Source of the DNA: the human T2T-CHM13v2.0 reference genome, Homo sapiens
Length of the DNA stretch: 64,000 nt
Assembly (NCBI GenBank): GCA_009914755.4
Contig: CP068257.2
Location: forward strand, 27,744,001-27,808,000
Direction of reading: 5' to 3'
A program made the translations under genes and the position numbers. Shown piece after piece: positions 25,705-38,195 of the stretch. Position 1 is the stretch's first letter; every line of letters begins with the position of its first letter. The notes under the pieces are model-generated. The model saw only the letters and a list, made by a program, of their open reading frames with translations, ran no database searches and was not told the DNA's origin.

Positions 25705-27510
25705 CTGATATGGTTTGGCTGTGTCCCCACCTAAATCTCATCTTGAATTGTAGTTCCTGTAATCCCCATGTGTCATGGGAGGGACCTGGTGGGAAGTAAT
25801 CAAATCATGGGGGTGGTTAGCCCCATGCTGTTGTCCTCATGATAGTGAGTTCTCATGAGATCTGATGGTTTTATAAGGGGCTTTTCCCCCTTTTGCTTGG
25901 TGCTTCTCCTTGCTGCCACCATGTGAAGAAGGACGTGTTTGCTTCCCCTTCTGCCGTGATTGTAAGTTTCCTGAGGCATGCCCAGACATGCTGAACTGTG
26001 AGTCAATTAAACCTCTTTCCTTTATAAATTACCCAGTCTCAGGTATGTCTTTATTAGCAGCATGAGAAGGGACTAATACAGTAAATTGGTACCAGGTAGT
26101 GGGATGCTGCTGTAAAGTGCCTGAAAATGTGGAAGTAACCTTGGAATTGGGTAACAGGCAGAGGTTGTGAAACAGGAGAGTTCCCTGACCTCCTTCACAG
26201 GACATGTGACAAGGGTGTGGCTCTCTGTTCAGCCACTGTGAGGGAGGGGGAGCACACAGAGGGGCAGAGGCAGGAACTAGGGTGAGCACTTTTGGGCTCT
26301 AGCCCCGTGGCAGTGTCTAGGGGTGGTTGTCTGTGACTCCCAAAGACCAGTGGACACATGTTACAGTGTACTCTTTTAGCCTTGCTCTCCACCGATAGCT
26401 TAAGTGTTAACCAGCTCAGTGGACTCTATGCCTTTTTGCAAGGGCAGAGGGCCAGTGTGATAGCCTTCTGGATCCTGAGCTCTTGTCTAGCATCCTGGAA
26501 GAATTGGGTCACACACAGACTTGAAGGATGAATGTGGGGGTTTTATTGAGTGGTAGAGGTGGCTCTCAGTGGGATGTATGGGGAGCTGGACAGGGGATAG
26601 AGTAGGAAGATGATGTTCCCCTGGATTATGGCTGTCCAGTTGCCAATCTCCTCTCTGACCATACCCAGCTGAACTCCTTTTGATGTTCAGATATTCCTTC
26701 TCTTCTCTCCTTCTCTGCTGTGCTATTCTGCCACTCTTCTGCTCCTCTGTTCATCTGGTTATGGAGTCTGGGGTTTGGGATTTATATGGGTACAGAATAT
26801 GGGGATGTGGTGAGCCAAAAGGCAACTTTTTGAGCATGAAAACAGAAATACCTGTTCTCAGGGCTGTGGGTATCAAGGCTTGAGGGTGGGAACTGCTCTT
26901 TTCTATCCAGTAGTTTCCTGTCTCCTGTCCCTGTCATTTGGAACAGTTTGGAGGTCTCAGAAGAAGATAGGAAAATGTGGGAAAGTTTGGAACTTCCTAG
27001 AGATTTGTTGAATGGCTTTGACCAAAATGCTGATGGTGATATGGATAATAAAGTCAAGGCTGAGATGGTCTCAGGTGGAGATGAGGAACTTGTTGGGAAC
27101 TGGAGTAAAGGTCACACTTGCTGTGCAAAGAGACTGGTGGCATTTTCCCCCTGTCCTAGAGATCTGTGGAACTTTGAATTTGAGAGAGATGGTTTAGGGT
27201 ATCTGGCAGAAGAAATTTCTAAGTGGCAAAGTGTTTAAGGGTAAGCAGAGCATAAAAGTTTAGAAAATTTGTAGCCTGACAATGTGATAGAAAATAAAAC
27301 CTCATTTTCTGGGGAGAAATTCAAGATGGCTACAGAAATTTGCGTAAGTAACAAGAAGCCAAATGTTAATCACCAGCACAATGGGGAAAATGTCTCCAGG
27401 GCATGTCAGAGACCTTTATGGCAGACCCTCCCATCACGGTCCCAGAGGCCTAGGAGGGAAAAATGGTTTCCTGGGCCCTGTCCAGGGCTCCACTGCTCTA
27501 TACAGCCAGC
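25705..27510 (+). mobile_element. THE1-family MaLR element: 5' LTR (25705..26081) plus THE1-int internal region, truncated at the Alu tail
   Basis: The LTR runs from tgatatggtttggctgtgtccccacctaaatctcatcttgaattgtagttcctgtaatccccatgtgtcatgggagggacc to ...gtcaattaaacctctttcctttataaattacccagtctcaggtatgtctttattagcagcatgagaagggactaatacag. Internal sequence follows: gtaaattggtaccaggtagtgggatgctgctgtaaagtgcctgaaaatgtggaagtaaccttggaattgggtaacaggcagaggttg...gaaaatgtgggaaagtttggaacttcctagagatttgttgaatggctttgaccaaaatgctgatggtgatatggataataaagtcaaggctgagatggtctcaggtggagatgaggaacttgttgggaactggag...aatggggaaaatgtctccagggcatgtcagag. Confidence 0.85.
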
Positions 27511-27515
27511 CTGCC

Positions 27516-27713
27516 TGCTTTCCTTCCTTCTTTCTTTTTCTTTCTTTTCTTTTCTTTTCTTTTTTTCTTCTTTTCTTTTCCTTTCTTTCTTTCTTTCTTT
27601 TTCTTTTTCCTTCCTTCCTTCCTTCCTTCCTTCCTTCCTTCCTTCCTTTCTTTCTTTCTCTCTCTCTCTTCTTTCTTTCTCCCTCTCCCTTTCTCTTTCT
27701 TTCCTTTTCTTTT
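27516..27713. repeat. ~200-bp polypyrimidine (top strand) / polypurine tract, an expanded Alu A-tail
   Basis: Mixed (CTTT)n, (CTTTT)n, (CCTT)n and (CT)n units. It includes ten tandem TTCC units (= (GGAA)10 on the minus strand) at about 27607..27646 and (CT)n at about 27658..27668. It abuts the minus-strand Alu immediately to its right. Confidence 0.9.
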
Positions 27714-27994
27714 TTGAGACAGGGTCTTGCTCTGTTGCCCAGGCACAATCACAGTGGCACAATCACAGCTCACTGATCCTTGACCTCCTTGGCCCAAGCA
27801 ATACGCCTCTTTCAGCCTCCTGAGTATCTGGGACCACTGGTGGGAGCCACCATGCCTGGCTTTCAAAAATTTTTTGTAGAGATGGGGTCTCCCTATGTTG
27901 GCCAGGCTGGTCTCAAATTCCTGAAATCAAGCAATCTTCCTGCCTCAGCCTCCCAAAGTGCTAGAATTCAGGTGTGAGCCACCACTCCTGGCCC
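27714..27994 (-). mobile_element. Alu (AluS/J-like)
   Basis: gagacagggtcttgctctgttgcccaggc...gcctctttcagcctcctgagtatctgggaccactggtgggagccaccatgcctggc...ggtctcaaattcctgaaatcaagcaatcttcctgcctcagcctcccaaagtgctagaattcaggtgtgagccaccactcctggcc. Confidence 0.85.
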
Positions 27995-27999
27995 TGGGG

Positions 28000-28052
28000 A
28001 TTACGTTTCAACATGACATTTGGAGGAGACAGACATCCAAACCATATCACTA
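28000..28052 (-). mobile_element. Short MaLR LTR 5'-terminal fragment in the opposite orientation
   Basis: The reverse complement of ggattacgtttcaacatgacatttggaggagacagacatccaaaccatatca reads tgatatggtttggatgtctgtctcctccaaatgtcatgttgaaacgtaatcc, which is similar to the MST/THE1 LTR start. Confidence 0.4.
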
Positions 28053-30605
28053 GTTGATAGGTACATAGGTACTTATATTATTCTTCATTTCCTTTTCTAT
28101 GTCTCAAATATTGCAAAATAAATTTTTATAAAGAAAAGAGATTGGGAGCCACTCGGGTGGAGAAAGTGAATCATTTGAATGTCAAATATGGGGACTATAG
28201 GTCAGAAGGGGCTGGAAGTGCCATAGTGTTTGTTCCTTCTGACTTCACTTCTCTTTTCCTATTCCAGAATAATGTTGGGAAAGAAAAAGTGTTATAAGAA
28301 TCTCTTCCTTTTCTTCTGAGATCCAGGATCCTTACAGTTCTCTCCTACAGTTTGCTCTCCTTCTTGGTTTGGATAGGCTACTGTTAGGGCAGTCAAGTTC
28401 AGAGTGAGTACTTGTTTTTGTAAAGTCACTGTGGTTTCTTATCTTTTGTGTTTTCCAAGCTGTTTCTGATTTAATATTTTCTAGTGCTCCTTTTATGCAC
28501 ATGTTTAGTGTACAAATTCTCTCAGAAATAAAGTGTGACTGATATACAGCTAATATTCCTCCTCCACACAAACAAAAGGTCTTCTAGACAAGCAACAAAT
28601 AAGAATCAATGTGCTTGGTGTCCAGAATGGCTTACAGCATATCTCTCTCTTTGGTCAGCTGAAAAGGGAGGTGGTTTTAACTCAAGTTAATAAACAGTCC
28701 TGCTATTCCTTATGCTCTAACATACACCTATGTCAACAGAAAATATGTTGGTTTTGTATGTTTTCACTTAATACTTTGCTGCAGTGAGTTTTGCCTAAAT
28801 GTCTTATTATGGTGGCTAGAGTTCTGAGTATAGAATATTACTCTTTTTGTGTTATTTCAATGATACTGTCCTCTTACCAGTATTGTAGGACCAACAGGTT
28901 TGTATGTCCACTGTGCAGTAACATACCAATTACACGAAGACAACAGTGTTTGCAGCAGAGAAAGAGTCTAATGATTGCAGGGCACTAAGTAAGGTGATGG
29001 GAGGAGACCCTCATATCCATCTCCCCGAGGAGTCCTGGGTGGGGGCTTTTAAGGGGATCATGAAGTATGAAGGGCTGGAATATTGGGGCCATTAATTGGT
29101 CAGTGTATGAGATATGAAACCATCAAGATGTAGAAACTCAGAATCACATAGGCCTCAGAATCACATAGGCTTCTTCAGGGAGTCAGCATCTTGTGGGGCC
29201 CTTCAGACCAGCTGACATCAGTAGTTTCATTGATATACAGGACCTGAAAGAATATCTCAGATGGAAAACTCAACATCTTATAATGTTCATGTTGTTATCT
29301 ATAGAGCAGGTAAGGGGAACTATAATCTTGTAATGGGTTGTAACCACCCAATGGGTTTACCTTGCCCACTGCCTAGACAGAGCCAATTTATTCAGAGGAA
29401 TTGCAAGGAAGAAAGAGTAATTCATGCAGAGCTGGCTGTACAGGAGAGCAGAGTTTTATTATTACTCAAATCAGTCTCCCTGAGCATTTGGGGATTGGAG
29501 ATTTTAAAGATAATTTGATGGGTAGGGGCTTGGGAAGTGGCGAATGAGGATTGGTCAGGTTGGAGATGGAATCATAGGGGGTCGAAGTGAAGTTTTTTTG
29601 CTGCCTTTGTTCCTGGGTGGGATGGCAGAACTGGTTGAGCCAGATTACTGGTCTGGGTGGTGTTACCTGATCCATCCACTGCAGGGTCTGCAAAATATCT
29701 CAAGCATTGATCTTAGGTTTTACAATAGTGATGCTGTCCCTAGGAGCAATGTGGGGAGGTTCAGACTCTTGGAGCCAGAGGCTCCATGACCCCTCAACCT
29801 TAATTTCTAATCTTGTAGCTAATTTGTTAGTCCTGCCAAGGCAGACTGGTCTCCAGGCAAGAAAGGGATCTTTTTGTAAAAGGGCTGTTATCAATTTTGT
29901 TTCAGAGTCCAACCATGAACTGAATTCCTTCCCAAAGTTAGTTTGGCCTATGCCCAGGAATGAACAAGGACAGCTAAATGGTTAGAAGCAAGATGGAGTC
30001 GGTTAGGTCTCATCTCTTTCCCTGTTACAATTTCCTCAGTTGTAAGTTTTGCAAAGGCAGTTTCAGGGTCTATGTGATTCTGAGGCAGTCATCACCAAAC
30101 AACCAGGAGGAAGCAGGTCAGAGAGCAGCTGGCCTAGTGATGCACGCTGAGCCTGCTGCGAGCCTGGTTTAGTTTCCTTGCTCTTCCTCCGTTCTTCCCT
30201 GATTAATTTTATAAAGTATATAGGGATGATTTTTACCAGCATCCTGTGTATCAGACTCATTAATTCATGAAGAAGGACCAAGGTGGGGGTTTGGGGGGAA
30301 GGCAAAGGAGCCTATCACTCTTTTGTTTATGATAAAACCTAGAAAACTCGTGCAAAAACTGAAAGTTTGCCTTCTCATCCCTGAAAATCTCTTTTTTATA
30401 GAAATCATTATTTTAGTTATAGTGACAGAGTAATGCTTTCTCAGGAATTTAGTATTTTTCATTGTTGTAGATTTTTTGGGTTGTTTTTGTCAGTTGTCGG
30501 TTATTGAAATCTGATCCCTCTGTTGAAATTGAATTTGGAAGCTGAAGAATGGAAAGATTTTTAATAATATTCTTAAAAATAAAAAGCTTTTTAAAGTGGC
30601 AATAA

Positions 30606-30912
30606 GGCTGGGTGCAGTGGCTCACACCTGCAATCCCAGCATTTTGGGAGACCAAGGTGGGCTGATCACTTGAGGTCAGGAGTTCAAGACCAGTGTGGCC
30701 AACATGGTGAAACTACATCTCTAGTAAAAATACAAAACTTAGCTGGGCATGGTGGTACATACTTGTAATCCCAGATACTCCAGAGGCTGAGGTAGGAGAA
30801 TTGCTCAGACCCTGGGAGGCAGAGGTTGCAGTGAGCCGAGATAATGCCATTGCGCTCCAGCCTGGGTGACAGAGTGAGACTGTCTCAAAAAAAAAAAAAA
30901 AAAAAAAAAAAA
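30606..30912 (+). mobile_element. Alu (AluS-like) with a ~27-nt poly-A
   Basis: ggctgggtgcagtggctcacacctgcaatcccagcattttgggagaccaaggtgggctgatcacttgaggtcaggagttcaagaccag...gcgctccagcctgggtgacagagtgagactgtctc followed by a(27). Confidence 0.9.
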
Positions 30913-32680
30913 GAGTGGGAATAGTAGTGAAGTATTACCTGGATATGCTAGGATTTCGATCAAGGGAAAAGGTTTCCCCCAGGGACAGTTCTCTATAAAG
31001 GTCTTGCTTAGGATGTGGTGTGGGTCGGGGGAGTTGGCCCTGGAGTCCTATTTACTGTGCATTAAAAAAATACATCAGGCACAATTCAAAGCCTTTGTCT
31101 GGTCATCAAAATCCTGTGATGCTGGAATGATGCATTTTATCACCTTGTTCTCAATCTTCTAACAGAATCCAAACACTTGACCAGCTATATGATGAATTTC
31201 TTCAGTAAACAATTTGCACCTTGCAGTCATCTGAAACAGAAGAATTTTTCTACATAATTATTTACTCCTTAAAATCATATTTATTTTCCTGAATCACTTG
31301 CATTTGCTTACTTAGCCAAGAAATGGTGAAAAAGTCCTAGTTAGATTCTAAAATGCAGTCTGTACAAATAGATATGTCGTTCTTGTTCATGCTGTATATT
31401 AATATGTAAAACAATGCCTTCCACATAATAGATGCCATTAACCACCAAAAGAAAAAAATGAATGAATGAATGTGTTCTTCATATTTATTCTCCTACAATT
31501 TCGGGATGCTGTTTTTTCTATTAATGTAACTCCAGCTAGTGGGAGATATGAAGAGCCTAGGAAATAGAAAAGAAGGAAACAGCTGGAACTCACAGGCAGG
31601 TCAGGGGACTCTAATCATCTTTCATTTTATACACACAAGATTAAAGAGTCCCTCTGAGTTTTGATTAAGGATGCACAGTTATAAGATTAAATACCAGTGA
31701 GCCAAATTAGAAAAGCTTTAACTCCAGTCTCAGGATTCATCAAAACTCTTCCTGCTACCCCCTCCCTCACATTAAGCCATCTTTACAACATGGGATTAGA
31801 GCAAACTATTTAAGACTTCATGTCCCCAGGCTCTTTGTCACCTTTGCTGTACAGCTGTCCTCATTCTGATCACAAACAATTCTCTCATCAAGAATCAAAG
31901 CTCATTTCCCCTTGAAATTTCTGTTTATATCCATGACTGAATTCATTCCAGCACCTCTACACGTATTTATTTATTTTGGCGACCTGCAGGGTCCTATATC
32001 AGGTACAACATGCACTCTTGTCTTATGCATTGTCATGAAACATATTAAAACTTAGTATGCTTGTCTGTTTTAGAAAAGACCTCTTTAATCATTCCAGTAA
32101 TTATGCAAACACTCCCACAGGGCCAACAATAAACATGTCCTTCCCTTCCTGAGAAGCCTTCTGACTGTCTCCTTGGAAGCCACACCAAAGGGATTGGACA
32201 GAACGTGCAATTAATAACTCAAATGAGGAGAGGTTAATATGGTCATCAGGCATCTGAGAAATAAAAGTGTCATTGCTTTATTAAAAGCTGTAATTCAGGT
32301 ACAAGCTTACATAGTAATGATAAGACAATTTTAAAGAAATAAATGAAAGGACCAGAAGAAAAAAAAATGTTGATCTTAACTCTAGATGAGATTTTAGATT
32401 CTGCAAACATATTTTCTTGGTTGATAAAGAATGAGATCCATTGACCTTTAAATGTATTATTTGTTGCAAGAAAATGTAGAAGTCCAAGGAAACTCTACAG
32501 GGACTTTGCTACTTGAGGTTTGATAACCTGTCCATGAGTTTCCTAAGTACAGTGAATTTTCGAGGGTCCGTTTTCATGTGGCCTCAGGAGATCAAATTTA
32601 ATCATTTAGGTTTTCCTTTCTCCTACTTGGGAGGGGTGTAGGGGCTTGAGAAGCTCAGGGCTATTTAAAAAGACCTACAT

Positions 32681-32797
32681 GGGCCAGACGTGGTGGCTCA
32701 TGCCTGTAGTCTCAGCACTTTGGGAGGATGAGTGGGGAGAATCACTTGAGCCCAGGAGTTTGAGACCAATCTAGGCAATATAGGGAGACCACTGTCT

Positions 32798-32859
<62 letters not shown>

Positions 32860-33025
32860 TAGTCATATGTGGTGTCACACACCTGTCATCCAAGCTACTC
32901 AGGAGGCTGAGGCTGGAGGATCTCTTGAGCCCAGGAATTTGAGGCTTCATTGAACCTTGATCAAGCCACTGCCCCAGCCTGGGCAACAGAACAAGACCCT
33001 GTCTCAATAAAGTAAAATAAAATGG
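32681..33025 (+). mobile_element. Alu with a (TA)n expansion (32807..32857) in the central A-rich linker
   Basis: gggccagacgtggtggctcatgcctgtagtctcagcactttgggagg...gagaccaatctaggcaatatagggagaccactgtctgtatgtgtgtata(ta)n aaattagtcatatgtggtgtcacacacctgtcatccaagctactcaggaggctgaggctggagg...cctgggcaacagaacaagaccctgtctc. Confidence 0.85.
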
Positions 33026-34621
33026 CCTATACTATCTTTTTGTTGTTGTTGTTGCCTCACTTAGTATCAAAGAAGATTAAGAGAAATGTAAAGAGCTAGA
33101 CTTTGAGCTCCTATGTAATAAGGTCCAGGTATATGAAAGAGAATAATGATGAGGCCCTGATGTACATCCCATAACGTGAGAAATGACAGTTAGAAGAACA
33201 GGGGGACTCTGTTTAGTGGTAACATGAACTCTTTAAGGAACTCTTTAAGGAAGCTGGGACAAGGGAGAGCCTTCAATTTCTCATACACAGAAGCCAATAT
33301 GGGCTGTTTATGGTTGAATGAGGAGGAGGATGGTTTGGGTTCCTTGACCTATGTCACTGAGGTACAATCTTTATTTCAAACCCTCCCAGGCCACGATGAA
33401 AAGACTCCTGGAAAACCATGAGGTGGCCCTCCCAAACCCTAAGATTGGAATGTGGTTTTCCTAGGGAAAGAAGACTCATGAGCTGTCTGGAGGTGAGCAT
33501 TGGTGGGGAAGGTCTTTAGGAGCAAGAAGAAAACCGTGGGCTTTATCCTTTAGGCTACGGAGTCATTGGAGAATTTTGGACAGAGGAATAATGAGATAGA
33601 AGTAATGTCTAGAGAATATTAATTTGATAACAGGGTACAAAATAATTTAGGAGATTTCTGGGAAGGGGGCCAGTTCAGAATCTTCTTCCCCCCATAATCT
33701 GTACGTGAGAACATGAAGTGCTGTTGGTTTATTGAGTGAGCTAAACTGAGCGGGGGTAGAACTAGGGAACGATTTAATTTTTCATCGTCTATTGCATTTA
33801 AATGTGGTCTGTTTGATCCCTTTTCCTTATCCCTGAATGAGATCTGAGGAAAATCACATAGCTTTCTTGTCCTTTTGACTTGTTAGACAAGTCCTATTTT
33901 GTTAAGAGTCACTGTGTCTGGTATTAAACAGCCCAGTCTAAATAAAAACTTCAGGCTCAGATCCAATTCTGAGCTTCTCACCTTCCCTCAACTCAGGTCT
34001 GATCTAGGCTAGGAAAGAGGTGTGGTCTTTTCTTATGCAATTCCTTTCTCCTTTGCTTCTCTTCCCAACTCCTGCTGCTGGCTCCTCCAGAACTGGGAAG
34101 CAGGGGTTAGCATGAAAGGGGGAAAGGCATTTTTACTCCGTTCATGATATTTATGGGTTTCTCTTGGCTGGTGATAATATGTGTGCTGGGCCTCCAAACG
34201 CTGGCTCATTTGTGGGGTGCAGATGGTCTGTGTGTGCTCCACGTGGGCTCTGCACAGGGTGTCAAGAGATGCAATACCCAGTTGGCCTTTTCCAAGCCTC
34301 CGGTGGTACCGTCTAGTGTGCTGCATCCCATCGAGATGGCTCAAGCTTGGCTCCCTTCCGGAGTTCACCGAACCCACCGGAAATGCATGGTTCGTTGCCG
34401 TTCCAAATGTGGGCTGCTTCCGGTGCTCCTTTCCTTCCTCCTGCCAGCCTCTCACTGTCTACATTCTCTGGCGGGAGGCAGGCACCAGCCTCTATGTTCA
34501 TATAAACCCCTAAATTCTAGCTTATCCATGTCATGCTCTCCAGAGAGCAATTCCACCGTATCCTTCTTTAGGGACTTAAGAATTGCTGCAACTGCTTAGC
34601 AAGCCCCCAGCTGAGCGTGAG

Positions 34622-35496
<875 letters not shown>

Positions 35497-37019
35497 TAAC
35501 CAGCTTACATAAAGATGTGAGTGCAAAAACTTGTGATTTACCATGACTGTTGCCATATGTCCTCAGTCTCCTCATTCCAGGACAGCTGCCCCACAAGCCA
35601 CTGCCAGGGTCTTTCACCAAGTTTGTGCCAGGGCATCTCTCTAAGTTGCTTTCTCCAAAACTGCAGGAGCCTGCTTAACGTTTTTCATGCATGACACAGA
35701 ATTTCAGGGGAGTTAACACCCTCGGAAGCAACCCTCAACTAAAGTGAGTAATACCTCCACACCCCATCACCTGGTGTGACAGTTCTAAGGAGTGTTCTGC
35801 ACAGCTTCTCACAGGTTAATCCAGTTCATTAGACACCAGTTATTGATGTTTTCTCTTTTTTGTCTCACTGTTTCTATTCCATTCTTCTGTTTTCAACGTT
35901 AACTCCTGAATAAACTATTTGCACCAAGACTTCATGTCAGAGTTTGCTTCTTAGGGAACCTAAACTAAAACAAGTTGTGCTTTATAACTTTTGCAGTGAG
36001 GTTCGATCAGCGTCTACTTCTGAGTTTTTCTTGGTTCTATGTGTAGTTTTTTGCTCATTGATTTTTGTCCCCGATTTAATCAAACATGTGTATATGATGC
36101 AAAGCTAAGTAAGACGTGGCCCCTACTCTCAAAGCGTTTACAGTCTGAGGAGTTTAAACCCATAGAAGTGTATTGTCACAGACACTGAAAGATTCTTTGA
36201 GATTCTTCTGTAACTCTTGAAATGTGAAGAAGGAAAGAAGACAAGGGCAGTACAGGGTTCTTTGAACAGTGGGATTGTGGGTAATTTGACATTGCCTTCT
36301 CCCCTTCAGCTCTGACACTGCAAACACGCAACTCCTGTACATCCCTCTTTCTGCTGTTTTCACCATGTGCTGAATGCCACCAGCCATTCGAATTAACTAT
36401 TGCATTCCAGCTAGGATCTCTGAGGCAATGTCCTCATAGTTATCACACTGGATAGAATTCCAGGTGGAATCTCTGAGAAAATATCCTAATGGTTATTGCG
36501 TTGGATAGAATGTCATGATTTCATGATTGTTTTGCTTTGAAAACAAAAACTTTTAATCTGCATAAGAGCAGGCTCAGGGAGGTGACAAAGCTGTTGCCTA
36601 ATATGCAGAGAGTGATGTATGGTTGAGAGCAGAGACTTCAAATTTTGGCCCTGCTACTCACTGGGTTTGTGGTCTTAGGCTGGTTACTTAACTTCTCTGA
36701 ACTTGAATTTATCCTGTAAAATGGAACAAAATATTAATACCTGCTGATTGAGGCTGTTAGGTGGATCAAATGAGGAGTGCCTATAGAGTTTTTAGCAGAG
36801 TGTCCAGTACATGAATAAAGGACCAAGACATTAATAAGCATGGGGATGATAATGATGATGCAAAGAAATTTAGTGTTTTCTGTGTGGTCTCAGAAGGTGG
36901 AGACAGACCTGGTGTTTGGGTGAATAGAACTAGCTGAGATTGGAATACTTCCCATGTGGTGGGTCCCCAGCAGAGCTTGGCATCACTTCTCTCTCTTAGT
37001 CAGGATATTAGAAGGGATT

Positions 37020-37773
37020 TAAGAGAGGGGCGGGATTTTCAAAAGAAGACATTTATGTGGCCAAAAAGCATATGAAAAAAGATCATCATCACTGGTCATT
37101 AGAGAAATGCAAATCAAAACTGCAATGAGATACCATGTCACGCCAGTTAGGATGGTGATCATTAAAAAGCCAGGAAACATGCTGGAGAGGATGTAGAGAA
37201 ATAGGAACACTTTTACACTGTTGGTGGGGGTGTAAATTAGTTCAATCATTGTGGAAGACAGAGTGGCGATTCCTCAAGGATCTAGAACTAGAAATACCAT
37301 TTGACCCAGCCATCCCATTACTGGGTATATACCCAAAGGATTATAAATCATGCTACTATAAAGACACATGCACGCATATGTTTACTGCAGCACTATTCAC
37401 AATAGCAAAGACTTGGAGCCAACCCAAATGCCCATCAATGTTAGACTGGATAAAGAAAATGTGGCACATATATACCATGCAAAACTATGCAGCCATAAAA
37501 AAGAATGAGTTAGCGTCCTTTGCAGGGACATGGATGAAGCTGGAAACCATCATTCTCAGCAAACTAACACAGGAACAGAAAACCAAAAACTTCATGTTCT
37601 CACTCATAAGTGGGAGTTGAACAATGAGAACATATAGGCACAGGGAGGGGAACATCATATAGATGATGGGTTGATGGGTGCAGCAAACCACTATGGCACA
37701 TGTATACCTATGTAACAAACCTGCACATTCTGCACATGTATCTTAGAACTTAAAGTATAATTAAAAAAAAAAG
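37020..37773 (+). mobile_element. L1PA-type 3' end (ORF2 C-terminus plus 3'UTR plus poly-A)
   Basis: The sequence translates to ...[28 protein letters not shown]...[122 protein letters not shown]. This is followed by the 3'UTR ...gcacagggaggggaacatcatatagatgatgggttgatgggtgcagcaaaccactatggcacatgtatacctatgtaacaaacctgcac...cttaaagtataattaaaaaaaaaa. Confidence 0.9.
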
Positions 37774-37809
37774 AACTTAAAGTATAATAATAATACTAAA
37801 AAAAAGAAA

Positions 37810-38195
37810 TTGTGGTATATATATACCATGGAATACTACTCAGCCATAAAAAGGAACAAACTAATGGCATTTGCAGCAGCCTGGATGGAACTGAAGACTA
37901 TTCTTCTGAGGGAAGTCACTCAGGAATGGAAAACCAAATATTGTATATTCTCACTCATAAGTGAGAGTTAAGCTATGAGGATACAAAGGCATAAGAATGA
38001 TAAAAAAGACTTGGGGACTCAGGGGAAAGGCTGGGAGGGGCGTGAGGGATAAAAGACTTCAAATTGGGTTCAGTGTATACTACTCTGTTGATGGGTGCAC
38101 TAAAATCTCACAAATTACTGCTGAAGAACTTATTCATGTAACCAAAGACCACCTGTTCCCCAAAAACCTATGGAAATAAAAAAATTTTTAAAAAG
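37810..38195 (+). mobile_element. Older L1 (L1PB/L1MA-type) 3' end immediately downstream, same orientation
   Basis: aaattgtggtatatatataccatggaatactactcagccataaaaaggaacaaactaatggcatttgcagcagcctggatggaactgaagactattcttctgagggaagtcactcaggaatggaaaaccaaatattgtatattctcactcataagtgagagttaagctatgaggatacaaaggcataagaatg...ggctgggaggggcgtgagggat..., ending in an A-rich tail. Confidence 0.8.

Noticed and set aside
19100-26081. Two same-orientation MaLR LTRs 6.6 kb apart as a 5'/3' LTR pair of one provirus
   Set aside because: The two LTRs belong to visibly different subfamilies (a diverged MST-like one versus a THE1-like one). The sequence after the first LTR is not MaLR-internal, and the second LTR is followed, not preceded, by THE1-int. 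They are independent insertions.
27284-27866. Six overlapping ORFs of 84-179 aa (lysine/arginine/glutamate-rich on one strand, Phe/Leu/Ser-rich on the other)
   Set aside because: All are translations of the (CTTT/CCTT/CT)n polypyrimidine tract and the adjacent Alu. This is low-complexity sequence, not coding.
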